This document shows positions 44,899-54,345 of a stretch of DNA of 64,000 bases, in pieces. The stretch covers positions 3,264,001-3,328,000 of the forward strand of contig OZ244252.1 in assembly GCA_965217185.1 (NCBI GenBank). The letters are read 5' to 3'. The notes below the pieces were generated by a model. It worked only from the letters and a program-made list of their open reading frames with translations, was not told where the DNA came from and ran no database searches. This stretch comes from an uncultured Candidatus Entotheonella sp. (GTDB lineage: Bacteria > Tectomicrobia > Entotheonellia > Entotheonellales > Entotheonellaceae). A program made the position numbers and the translations under genes. The stretch's first letter is position 1. Each line of letters begins with the position of its first letter.

Positions 44899-46071
44899 CT
44901 AGGCAGAAAGCATGGCGTTAAAGCGTAACGCGATGCAGGTAATATCGTCCGATTGCGGCGTGTCTTCGGCAAAGAGCTGCACGGCATCGACCACCTCATT
45001 CACGACATCGCGGGCGGTCGCCTGCTTAAGGCTCGTCAATTTCTCGTCGAGGCGCTCTTCTCCGAACTCCTCGTTACGGGCATTCTGGGCTTCGCTGATG
45101 CCGTCGGTGTAGAGGAAGAGAGTGTCGCCAGGCTTGAGCTGAACTTCGCCATCGGCATAATCGTGTCCGGGAAACACACCCAGCACGACGTTCCCGGTTG
45201 TCGGAAGCACTTCGACCCCGGAATCGCCGCGGACCAAGCGAGGCGGATTGTGGCCGCCGTTGCAATAGCGGAAGCTGCCGTTTCGCAGGTCGAGAATGCC
45301 ATAGAAAACGGTGACGAACACGCAGGACTCGTTGTCCTCAGCCAGCAACTCGTTCACTTCGCTCAGGCAACGGGCGGGAGACGCGAAATTTCTCACCGCG
45401 CCCTTGAGGAGCGTCTGCGTCACCATGGTGAACAGGGCGGCTGGAATTCCTTTACCGGAGACGTCGGCGATGATCAATCCAATCAGCGCATCATCGAGGC
45501 TGAAAAAGTTGTAGAAGTCCCCGCCGATTTCCCGGGCCGGGATCATCATGGCCTGGATTTCGTGGGTTTCACTGTGTGAGCGATCGCGCGGCAGGACCGA
45601 CATCTGCATCTCGGTCGCCACTTCGAGTTCCCGCTTAATGGCAACCAGTCGATCCCTCGATTCAAGGGCGCTTTCCATGGTTTCGATATGTTTCAGGGTC
45701 TTTCGGATCGTGATTTCGAGATCGTTGAAGTCGATGGGCTTGGTGACGAAGTCGAACGCACCCCGGTTCATGGCAGTGCGGATATTTTCCATGTCACCGT
45801 AGGCAGAGACGATGACGGCGCGTATTTCAGGCCGGAGATCCTCGAGTTGGCTCAGCAGCGTGAGGCCGTCCATGACCGGCATGTTGATATCCGACAATAC
45901 GAGGCGGATTTCGGGGTGTTCGGCAAGTTTTTCGAGGGCTTCCTTACCGTTGTGTGCGAAAACGAAATCAATCTCGCCTTGTCGAATGAGCCGACGGAAT
46001 CTCTGGCGGATAAGTAGTTCCAGATCTTCCTCGTCATCTACCACGAGAAGCCGGGTGGGTGATTTGCTCAA
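44899..46071 (-). CDS. Receiver + PP2C (SpoIIE/RsbU-like) phosphatase
   Basis: LVVDDE, SDINMP, GGDFY, ADVSGKG, YTDG, DDIT. Confidence 0.93.
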   Translation of the reverse strand: MSKSPTRLLVVDDEEDLELLIRQRFRRLIRQGEIDFVFAHNGKEALEKLAEHPEIRLVLSDINMPVMDGLTLLSQLEDLRPEIRAVIVSAYGDMENIRTAMNRGAFDFVTKPIDFNDLEITIRKTLKHIETMESALESRDRLVAIKRELEVATEMQMSVLPRDRSHSETHEIQAMMIPAREIGGDFYNFFSLDDALIGLIIADVSGKGIPAALFTMVTQTLLKGAVRNFASPARCLSEVNELLAEDNESCVFVTVFYGILDLRNGSFRYCNGGHNPPRLVRGDSGVEVLPTTGNVVLGVFPGHDYADGEVQLKPGDTLFLYTDGISEAQNARNEEFGEERLDEKLTSLKQATARDVVNEVVDAVQLFAEDTPQSDDITCIALRFNAMLSA

Positions 46072-46099
46072 GGCCCAAGTCCTCCTTCAAGCGCCGTCT

Positions 46100-46450
46100 T
46101 CACAGCACCGCCAAGGCGTCGTCGCGACTGTCGTAAATCGAGAGGATGGCACTGAAACCGCTGATCTCGAAGATGTGGGCGATGGGGCCGCTGAGCCCGG
46201 AAAACAGCGTCTTTCCCCCTTCTCCTTGCAGGCGGCGAGCCGTCATCAGGAACACCCGCAAGCCGGCGCTGCTGATATAGTTCAAGCCCTTGAAATCGAA
46301 GACCAGAACCTTTTCGCCCGCCTCAAGTTGTTCCCGGATGGTACTTTCCAGGACAGCCGCGTTGCTTCCGTCCACCCGCCCCTGCGGCGAGACGATAACG
46401 GCCTTCTCAACGCGTTCGGTTTGAATCGACAGTGTGCTCTCGTCCGCCAC
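46100..46450 (-). CDS. STAS anti-anti-sigma factor (RsbV-like)
   Basis: GRVD, YISSAGLR, FEISGF. Confidence 0.9.
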   Translation of the reverse strand: MADESTLSIQTERVEKAVIVSPQGRVDGSNAAVLESTIREQLEAGEKVLVFDFKGLNYISSAGLRVFLMTARRLQGEGGKTLFSGLSGPIAHIFEISGFSAILSIYDSRDDALAVL

Positions 46451-46914
46451 TAGCTTTCTCCTTCAATCAAATGTCTCACTGTGATGCGATTGCACCCATC
46501 GACGCGTTCGTATGCTGTGCTGTTGGCGAATTGCTTGACCAGGAAAACCCCGAGCCCTCCGATGGGCCGCTCTTCAAGCCCTAGGGTCGGGTCCGGCTCT
46601 GGGGCCTCCTCGAAAGGGTTGAACGCATCGGCGTTGTCCTCGAGTTGAGCCACCACGGCGCCTTTGTCAACAAGGAGACGCAGCCGAAGTTCGGGTTCAG
46701 GAACTTTAGGTAAGCCATAGGTTATGCTATTTGTGATGAGTTCGTCCAGCATGAGGTTCAGGCGGCTCTGGACCGCGTCGCTCAATGCGTGGGCGGCCCC
46801 GAATTCCTGGATGATGCCCGCGAGCGCCGCAAGGGCGGAAAGGTCCGGGGCAAGGGCAATCTCGACCGTTTTGCTGTCCGGTGAAGGTTCGCAAGGCTGC
46901 ATCAGTTTCTCCAA
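46450..46914 (-). CDS. Anti-sigma Ser/Thr kinase (RsbW-like HATPase_c); start 46914 TTG or 46902 ATG
   Basis: DELITNSITY, ED....FNP, RPIGGLGVFLV. Confidence 0.88.
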   Translation of the reverse strand: MEKLMQPCEPSPDSKTVEIALAPDLSALAALAGIIQEFGAAHALSDAVQSRLNLMLDELITNSITYGLPKVPEPELRLRLLVDKGAVVAQLEDNADAFNPFEEAPEPDPTLGLEERPIGGLGVFLVKQFANSTAYERVDGCNRITVRHLIEGES

Positions 46915-46931
46915 TGGGCGTTCGTCAATGC

Positions 46932-47915
46932 TTAAGGAACGGACGCGAATTCCGTCGGGCAGGACATGTAAGTTCGTTCCAGGGTTTCATGGCATTTCCG
47001 ACACAAAGTGACCAGATCACCGAGAGCATTTCTCCCTTCTTCACCAACCGCCAGGCTCGTTGTCTGACGGGAGAGAATCGAGGCCAGACGACCGGCTATC
47101 TCATGGGGCGCCGCGGAAATTCGCCCCGCAGCCGGCGGGTCGATTGCTTCCAAACTGCCCCGAATTCCGTTCACTGCAAAACACAACGCATGGGGCAGCC
47201 CGGCATCGTATACCAGAAAGTCCAACACCTTTTCTTCCCTGATCTGGGCACCGTGCAATTGACAATAGGCTTCAAAAGCATCGCAGGCCCACAGAAGGCC
47301 AACCCAGTCGCCCCTTCCCTCGGAAGGATCTTTAGTAGCGGCACAGTACGCTTCGAGAAGAGAGCCAACGAGTTGGACGCGCTCGATGAAACGCCCGAGG
47401 CGCATGAAGTGCCATCCTGTGTCCTGACGCATAGAGCTTGCGCAAATGCCGTCGAAGACTTGCACGGCTTGGATGACGTCCCGATACAGCATGGCGGGGT
47501 CGCGCCTCCAGACATCGACGAGCGCGATTTCCTGCAAGCGCAGGTACTCGCGGTTGAGGCTCGACCAGACCGCACTGCTGATGGCGTCGCGTACCTGCCG
47601 AGCGTTTTCCCGAGCCGCGGTCAGGCAGAACATGATGGAGTTGGGATTGGCCGTCTCGAAGGTGAGATAGTCCGTCAAGGTATAGCCGTCAGCGAACAGA
47701 AAGTCGTCTTCGTCTTCCGCACCGCCGTAGGTATCCGCACCTGGGAGCTGGGCGCCGAGACTGCGGAAAAGCCGCCGCCAACCCGCCGCGACGTCCCGGG
47801 CCGGGCTGGAAGGGAGGCGCTCCAACTGCAGCCCGATCAAACGGGCGATATACTCGACACGCTCCAGGTAGCGGTTCATCCAGTAAAATGAATCAGCCAC
47901 CCGCGCAAGCATCAT
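46932..47915 (-). CDS. Alpha-E domain protein (DUF403)
   Basis: MLARVADSFYWMNRYLER, ARENARQVR, LGRFIER. Confidence 0.9.
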   Translation of the reverse strand: MMLARVADSFYWMNRYLERVEYIARLIGLQLERLPSSPARDVAAGWRRLFRSLGAQLPGADTYGGAEDEDDFLFADGYTLTDYLTFETANPNSIMFCLTAARENARQVRDAISSAVWSSLNREYLRLQEIALVDVWRRDPAMLYRDVIQAVQVFDGICASSMRQDTGWHFMRLGRFIERVQLVGSLLEAYCAATKDPSEGRGDWVGLLWACDAFEAYCQLHGAQIREEKVLDFLVYDAGLPHALCFAVNGIRGSLEAIDPPAAGRISAAPHEIAGRLASILSRQTTSLAVGEEGRNALGDLVTLCRKCHETLERTYMSCPTEFASVP

Positions 47916-49423
47916 GGCTCATCCCCTTCAAGGATCCAGGCGTCCTTGGCGCCGCCGCCTTGGCTTGAGTTTACCACGAGGCTGCCCTTGCGCAGAGCCA
48001 CGCGGCAAAGCCCGCCTGGCACCACCCGGGTGTCTTCCCCGTGCAGCACGAATGGTCTGAGGTCCACGTGGCGCGCCTCGAGCCGCCCCTCGACGAGACA
48101 GGGCGCGCGCGATAGGGCGAGCGTAGGCTGGGAAATGTAGTTCTCGGGCTTGGCGCGGAGTTTGTCCGCAAATGCCTCCCGCTCCTCGCGGCTTGCGTGG
48201 GGGCCCACCAGCATGCCGTAACCGCCCGATTCACCCACCGCTTTCACGACCAGGTGCTCGAGGTTTTCGAGCGTGTAGGCCAGCCCTTCGGGTTCCCGGC
48301 ACAGGTGTGTTTCCACGTTGTCGAGGATAGGCTCCTGGTCGAGGTAATAGCGGATCATGCGCGGCACGTAGGCGTATACCGCTTTGTCGTCTGCCACCCC
48401 GGTGCCGGGCGCGTTGGCGAGTGCGACACGACCGGAACGATAGACCTCGAATAGTCCGGGCACCCCGAGGCGGGAATCGGGACGAAAGACTTGCGCATCG
48501 ATGAAATCGTCATCGATGCGCCGGTATAGGACGTCTACAGGATGCAATCCGCGCACCGTTCGCATGCACAACCGTCCGCCGTGCACGAGCAGATCATCGC
48601 CCTTGACGAGTTCAATGCCCATTTCCCTGGCGAGGAAAGCGTGTTCGTAGTAGGCCGAGTTATAAACGCCGGGCGCCAGCAAGGCAATCGTCGGTTCTTC
48701 CTCTTGCTGGGGCGCCAGGGCGCGAAGCACCCGCAGGAGTTCCTGCCCGTAGTGCTCAACCGGTCGCACGTGATAGCGCCGGAAGATCTGGGGAAAGGCG
48801 CGGCGGATCGCATCCCGGCACGCCAGCATGTATGAGACCCCCGATGGCACCCGGAGATTGTCCTCCAGCACCATGAAGCCGTCCCCGGTCCGCACGATGT
48901 CGCTGCCACATACCGACACGTAGGCCCCGAGCGGAACGTTCATGCCCTCCATTTCGGGGCGGTAGTTTGGACAGCCGTACACGAGATCGCGCGGTACCGA
49001 GCCGTCGCGCAGAATGTGTCCCTTATCGTAAACATCCGACAAAAAGAGGTTCAGCGCCTGGACGCGCTGGATAAGGCCACGCTCAATGTGCGCCCATTCC
49101 CGGGCGAGTAGAAGGCGGGGAACGCAGTCGATGGGGAAAGCCCGTTCGATGGACGCCTCGTCGCCATAGACGGTGAAAGTAATACCCTCGTGGAGAAATG
49201 AGCGGGTTACGCGGTCCTGCAGCCGCTCCACCTCTTCCTGCGGCATCCCGCACATTTCGTTGATGAGCATCCAATAGTGGGTGCGCGGCTGCTCTGCGGA
49301 TTCAAACGTCTCGTCGAAAAAGTGGGTGTCGATCTCATAGCGCTCAAAGAGCAACCGCGCCGAGGCGTCGTCCCGGCCTGGAGGCGGTCCGTGTAAATCG
49401 CTCGAGGCTGTGCGGTCTGCCAT
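47912..49423 (-). CDS. Circularly permuted type 2 ATP-grasp protein
   Basis: GITFTVY, LEDNLRVPSGVSY, NSAYYEH, YRRIDD, GTGVADDK, VNSSQGGGAKD. Confidence 0.93.
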   Translation of the reverse strand: MADRTASSDLHGPPPGRDDASARLLFERYEIDTHFFDETFESAEQPRTHYWMLINEMCGMPQEEVERLQDRVTRSFLHEGITFTVYGDEASIERAFPIDCVPRLLLAREWAHIERGLIQRVQALNLFLSDVYDKGHILRDGSVPRDLVYGCPNYRPEMEGMNVPLGAYVSVCGSDIVRTGDGFMVLEDNLRVPSGVSYMLACRDAIRRAFPQIFRRYHVRPVEHYGQELLRVLRALAPQQEEEPTIALLAPGVYNSAYYEHAFLAREMGIELVKGDDLLVHGGRLCMRTVRGLHPVDVLYRRIDDDFIDAQVFRPDSRLGVPGLFEVYRSGRVALANAPGTGVADDKAVYAYVPRMIRYYLDQEPILDNVETHLCREPEGLAYTLENLEHLVVKAVGESGGYGMLVGPHASREEREAFADKLRAKPENYISQPTLALSRAPCLVEGRLEARHVDLRPFVLHGEDTRVVPGGLCRVALRKGSLVVNSSQGGGAKDAWILEGDEP

Positions 49424-49611
49424 CCTTCACGGCAGTTCCCGGTCCAGAGACAAAAGAATTTATTCAGACCTTTAGTCAACTATCAACGCGCCCGCCATCA
49501 TAGCAGAAACGGGAATACAAGCCTTCTTTTCCTCCTTGTAATTGGGGGATACTGGTGTACTTTAACGGTGTCTCGAGCCCCAGCGTCCTATCTCAGGACA
49601 GGAGTCAGCCC

Positions 49612-50625
49612 ATGGCCGTTCAACCCGTAGAGTTCAATTTGGCCATCCGCCCCAAGCGGCGCTTTGAAATCGTCGACGTTGCGTCCCTGATTCGCGCCCA
49701 AGTCGGCGAGGAGTTGAACCAGTACCGTAAGGCAGCATACTGCTCGTTTCACACCACGGCCGGCTACCTGGAGCAGGCCGTCTGCGCGCGCTTGGGCTAT
49801 AGCCACAAGCAGCTTGCCCCCCTTATCCGCGCCGTGCAGAAAATCTTCCCCCACAACGCCGGCTATTTTCACGATCGTATGCAACTGCGCGACGAGCTCA
49901 GTGAGAGCCAAAAGGAAGAGGAGCCGATCAACGGCGATTCGCACCTGACCTTTATTAGCGCCGGCCTCAACAACTGCGTCATTTATCTCCACCACCCCGA
50001 CGAGCCGGTTTACTTCATCGAGCTCGACGGCATCTACAAGCACCACCTGCGCCAACGCCGCACCACGGTCATGGCGTATTCCGACACGGAAGTGGTGCAT
50101 CGCGGCCGGGTGGAGATTCCGGTCAGCGAAGGCCGGGCGATCGAGGCCTTTAATCTCAAGGACCCCCGCTACGGCCTTTTCTCACAGGTCGCGGACTGGT
50201 CCCGGCAACACGGCATCGAAAAGGGCTATGTCGACATCCGCCTGGCACCCGAAGAAAAGCACGTCGGCATGACCGTCAACGAGTACGAGACCCTGTTGAT
50301 GCGCAACGATTTGCCCCAGGCCCTTATCGACCCGCTGCGCTTCGCGCTCCAGCGCGGCAATGACGTTGTGCAACTCTACAACTACCTGATGGATCAAGTT
50401 CCGGTGGGGCGCTCGATGATCGACCGCATTTTTGCGGCCCTCTCGACACCGGCCAAGCGTATCCTGCGCCTCAAGCGCCACATCCGGCTACTGGTCTCCG
50501 ACAGTGCGGAGGCCGGGTCCAACCACATTCTCCACGGCACCTACCAAAGCCCGATTCTGGTCCAATACCACCCGGCCCCGAACGGCGTGCGCCATCTGAA
50601 CATCGCGCTGCACCGCTTCATCTGA
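49612..50625 (+). CDS. Hypothetical protein with YjbQ (UPF0047)-like motifs, apparently two domains
   Basis: HTTAG, FHD...NGDSHL, ELDG..RQR in the first half; H.GMTVNE and GTYQSPIL in the second half. Confidence 0.65.
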   Translation: MAVQPVEFNLAIRPKRRFEIVDVASLIRAQVGEELNQYRKAAYCSFHTTAGYLEQAVCARLGYSHKQLAPLIRAVQKIFPHNAGYFHDRMQLRDELSESQKEEEPINGDSHLTFISAGLNNCVIYLHHPDEPVYFIELDGIYKHHLRQRRTTVMAYSDTEVVHRGRVEIPVSEGRAIEAFNLKDPRYGLFSQVADWSRQHGIEKGYVDIRLAPEEKHVGMTVNEYETLLMRNDLPQALIDPLRFALQRGNDVVQLYNYLMDQVPVGRSMIDRIFAALSTPAKRILRLKRHIRLLVSDSAEAGSNHILHGTYQSPILVQYHPAPNGVRHLNIALHRFI

Positions 50626-50665
50626 ACAGGTGCGGCACGTTACGCCGCTTTCACAGGAATTCCCC

Positions 50666-52483
50666 ATGAACACCGCCGCCTTTCAGCCCGACAGTCTGGT
50701 ACTGTTCAAGAACCGTCCGGCCCGCGTGCTGCAGGCCGGCGACAGCTTAGAAATCGAGCTCGAAAACGGCAAGATGCTAAAAGTGCGGCCCAAGGACGTC
50801 ACGCTGCTACACCCCGGCCCCCTGAAATCCCTGGCCGACCTGCGGGCCGAGGACGGCGATGTGGAGACGGCCTGGGAATTATTGGCGGGCGGCAATACGA
50901 CCCTGGCCGAATTGGCCGAGCTGGTTTATGGCGCTTACACGCCGCCAACGGCGTGGCGGGTCTGGCAGCTCATCGCCGAGGGTCTATACTTTGGCGGCAC
51001 CGTGGCAGAGATCGTTGCGCACACGGCAGAGGAAGTGGCTCGGAAACGCGCCGCACGCGAGGCTAAGGCCGCCGCGGAATACGCCTGGTCCGATTTCATG
51101 GAACGGCTGCGGGCCGGAAAACTGGTCGCCGAAGACCGCCGCCATCTCCGCGAGGTCGAGGCCTTGGCCCTGGGCAAGCGTACCAGCAGCCGCGCGCTGC
51201 GTGAGTTGGGCCGGACGCAGAGCCCCGAGCGCGCCCACGCCCTGCTGTGCGAGTTGGGTCACTGGGACGTTACTGTCAATCCCTATCCGCAACGCCTGGA
51301 GGTGGACACCCACGTTCCCCAGGCCACCCTGCCGGATTTGCCGGATGAGACACGCCTCGATCTCACCCATCTCGACGCTTTCGCCATCGACGACGCGGGC
51401 AGCAAGGACCCCGACGACGCCCTGAGCTGGCACGACAACCGCCTGTGGGTGCACGTCGCCGACGTGGCTGCTCTGGCGCCGCCGGACAGCGACGTGGACC
51501 TGGAAGCACGCGCCCGCGGCTGTAATCTCTACCTGCCGGAGGGCACCATTCCGATGCTGCCGCCCGCCGCCACCCACGCGCTGGGACTAGGGCTGCAGGA
51601 GATATCGCCGGCGCTGTCGTTCGGCTTGGAGGTGAACGCCGACGGTGGCGTCGTGAAGACCGAGATGGTGCCGAGTTGGGTACGTGTCACGCGGTTGACT
51701 TACGGAGAAGTGGAAGCTCGCCTTAAGGACTCGCCGTTCAAGGAACTGATGCGTCTGGCTGAACTGTCGCAAGCCCGGCGGCGTGCCCAAGACGCGGTGT
51801 TCATCGAGTTGCCGGAATTGAAGATTCAGGTGGAAAACGGCCAGGTCAGCTTGCAGCCGCTGGCGCCCCTGAAAAGCCGGGACTTGGTGGCGGAGGCGAT
51901 GCTGCGGGCCGGTGAGGCCGTGGCGCAGCTTGCTTTGGCGCAGAACATCCCTTTGCCGTTTACCACCCAGGCCGTGCCCGAGGCGCCCCAGGCGGTTGAG
52001 GGGCTGGCGGGCATGTTTGCCCTGCGGCGTACCCTGAAGCGCAGCGTGCAAACGGGCGAGCCAGCGCCGCACGCCGGCCTCGGCCTCGCCGCTTATGCCC
52101 GCGCCACCAGTCCCCTGCGACGCTATCTGGATCTGGTAGTGCACCAGCAACTACGGGCATATTTTCGCGGCGACGCGCTACTGGACAGCCAACAGATTCT
52201 CGAGCGCGTCGGCGCCGCCGAGTCCGTTACCTACAACCGTCACCAAGCCGAACGCCTCACTCGCCGACACTGGACGCTTGTTTACCTGCTCGCCCACCCC
52301 GATTGGCGTGGCAACGGCGTTGTCGTCGAAAAACGCGGCCCCCGAACGACCGTCCTCATTCCCGACCTCGGCCTCGAGCCCGTCCTCACCCTCCGCGACA
52401 ACCCGGACTTGAACACCGTCCTTCCCCTGGCCCTTACCGGCGTCTCGCTGCCGGATCTGGAAGCGTATTTCCAGGTTGTGTAG
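50666..52483 (+). CDS. RNB-domain exoribonuclease (RNase II family)
   Basis: IDDAGSKDPDDALS, HVADVA, YLPE, HAGLGL..Y..ATSPLRRYLDL. Confidence 0.92.
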   Translation: MNTAAFQPDSLVLFKNRPARVLQAGDSLEIELENGKMLKVRPKDVTLLHPGPLKSLADLRAEDGDVETAWELLAGGNTTLAELAELVYGAYTPPTAWRVWQLIAEGLYFGGTVAEIVAHTAEEVARKRAAREAKAAAEYAWSDFMERLRAGKLVAEDRRHLREVEALALGKRTSSRALRELGRTQSPERAHALLCELGHWDVTVNPYPQRLEVDTHVPQATLPDLPDETRLDLTHLDAFAIDDAGSKDPDDALSWHDNRLWVHVADVAALAPPDSDVDLEARARGCNLYLPEGTIPMLPPAATHALGLGLQEISPALSFGLEVNADGGVVKTEMVPSWVRVTRLTYGEVEARLKDSPFKELMRLAELSQARRRAQDAVFIELPELKIQVENGQVSLQPLAPLKSRDLVAEAMLRAGEAVAQLALAQNIPLPFTTQAVPEAPQAVEGLAGMFALRRTLKRSVQTGEPAPHAGLGLAAYARATSPLRRYLDLVVHQQLRAYFRGDALLDSQQILERVGAAESVTYNRHQAERLTRRHWTLVYLLAHPDWRGNGVVVEKRGPRTTVLIPDLGLEPVLTLRDNPDLNTVLPLALTGVSLPDLEAYFQVV

Positions 52484-52569
52484 GATCGGATGGGCGACCG
52501 TCATCCGACATCCCATCGGCGCCACGCAGGTTGCGGAAGAAAACGGTGCTGCGCTAGAGAAGCACCGTA

Positions 52570-53580
52570 TCAACCGCCGGAAATGGGCGGGATGGGCCAT
52601 ACGGAGGGTGGGAAGTCAAGCGGTGCGCTGAGGTCGCCGCCCCAGACGATGACGCAGCGCAGAAGGATGCCGCCGAGGAGGACGAGGGCGAATTTCGGGG
52701 CGGTGAACAGGACGTTACGCCATCTCAGGGGGCGCGCGCGCCAGTCAAGGAGGAATTCGACAAGGGTGAGGAGCAGGGGGGCGGTGAGGCCAAGTCCGAT
52801 CACGCCCCACCAGAACCAGGGAGCCAAGGCGCCGCGGGTGACATATTGGTATACATACGCGCCGCCTTTGGGAGCCACAAATTCGCCGGTGGGGGCGTGC
52901 TGCCCGGAGCCGGCGAGGTAGGTCATGAAGTTGTAGATCTCGAACAACTCCAGGAGGATGAACAGCGCCACGGCCATGCTGATCCAACGCACGACGCTGT
53001 GCGCGGTCTGCGGCTGTGGGCCACGAAACCACAACGCCACGAGGCCCACCAAGCCGCTTGCCGCCAAGCCGGTGGTGACGCCGGAATTGAGGAACAGAAT
53101 AGGCAGGTACTTGCTCGACCACAACGGCACGAAGGTGCCGCGGCTGAGCAACAAGCCGGTGTAGACGGCAAGCATGAGGAGAACCGGCAGACCCACGAGC
53201 CCCACAAGGCGGCGCACCCAAGCCGCGCCGCCGCGATACCATAGGGCGGCGTAGAGCAGCACCAGCAGGGTGCCGACCCCGACGATCCAGCCGCCGCGCG
53301 TCATCCAAGAGTCATAGTTGGTGAAGAACAGGGGAAACGCCAAGCCGCGTTCCGGCTTGCCGAGGTGCACGGTGAGAAAGAATCCGGCCAGGGCGAGGGT
53401 CACGATGGCACTATACGATGACACCTTCGACACCAATGCAGCGTCCTGCCACTTGCGTTCCAGCAGGTCCGCGACCACGGCAGCCAGAAATATCCCCGAC
53501 GTCAACCCGCCGAAAAACAGGTACAGCGGCACGTGCAGGCTGTAGCTCCACTTTGTTTGCCACAGAATGATCGGTTCCAC
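52570..53580 (-). CDS. NrfD/PsrC-family membrane anchor
   Basis: YLFFGGL, HLGKPER, SWMTRG, YTGLLL, multiple TM helices. Confidence 0.9.
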   Translation of the reverse strand: MEPIILWQTKWSYSLHVPLYLFFGGLTSGIFLAAVVADLLERKWQDAALVSKVSSYSAIVTLALAGFFLTVHLGKPERGLAFPLFFTNYDSWMTRGGWIVGVGTLLVLLYAALWYRGGAAWVRRLVGLVGLPVLLMLAVYTGLLLSRGTFVPLWSSKYLPILFLNSGVTTGLAASGLVGLVALWFRGPQPQTAHSVVRWISMAVALFILLELFEIYNFMTYLAGSGQHAPTGEFVAPKGGAYVYQYVTRGALAPWFWWGVIGLGLTAPLLLTLVEFLLDWRARPLRWRNVLFTAPKFALVLLGGILLRCVIVWGGDLSAPLDFPPSVWPIPPISGG

Positions 53581-53619
53581 GCTGCTCCTCCGGGTCCGGT
53601 CGCGCCGCCCTGATCCGAC

Positions 53620-54273
53620 CTACTTGCTCTCCGGGTAAGCCGTTCCCCAGGCCCAGCCGCCGGCGCCAGAACCGCGCGCCGCCATGCGCTGACGCACCAC
53701 GTTGGCCACTTCCTCGCCGTCGCCGGCCACCAGCGCCTTGGTCGAACACACCGACGCGCACATGGGCAGCTTGCCCTCGGCAATGCGGTTGGAGCCGTAC
53801 ATCCGGCGCTCGCGGTCCGAGAACGGTTCTTCGGGGCCGCCCGCACAATACGTGCATTTGTCCATGACGCCGCGCGCCCCGAACGGCGACGACTTGGGAA
53901 ATTGCGGCGCCCCGAACGGGCAGGCGTACAGGCAATACCCGCAGCCGATGCACGTCTCTTTGTTTACCTGCACGATGCCGTCCTCGCGGTGATACAACGC
54001 ATCCACCGGACACACCGCCACGCACGGCGCCTTGGAGCAGTGCATGCACGGGATCGCCACGTTGGACTCGCCCGCCTCGCCCTCGTTCACCGTCACGACA
54101 CGGATACGCGCGATGCCTTCGGGCACGTTGTTCTCGTTCTTACAGGCCACTTCGCAGCCGCCGCACTCGATGCAGCGCTTCACGTCCACATAGAACTTCA
54201 AGCGCGCCGGGGCGTGTTTCGCCTGGGGTCCCTCCGACTCACGAAACGGAATGGTTACTTGCGTCTGTGCCAT
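53620..54273 (-). CDS. Formate dehydrogenase Fe-S (beta) subunit
   Basis: CIECGGCEVAC, CMHC..APC, CIGCGYCLYACPFGAPQF, MDKCTYCAGGPE. Confidence 0.92.
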   Translation of the reverse strand: MAQTQVTIPFRESEGPQAKHAPARLKFYVDVKRCIECGGCEVACKNENNVPEGIARIRVVTVNEGEAGESNVAIPCMHCSKAPCVAVCPVDALYHREDGIVQVNKETCIGCGYCLYACPFGAPQFPKSSPFGARGVMDKCTYCAGGPEEPFSDRERRMYGSNRIAEGKLPMCASVCSTKALVAGDGEEVANVVRQRMAARGSGAGGWAWGTAYPESK

Positions 54274-54345
54274 GCTCTCGGCTCCTCTCTCGTTTCAATC
54301 CACTCCCCCAACCGAAGTCAGGGAGATTCGGCGGTACGCGCCTGC

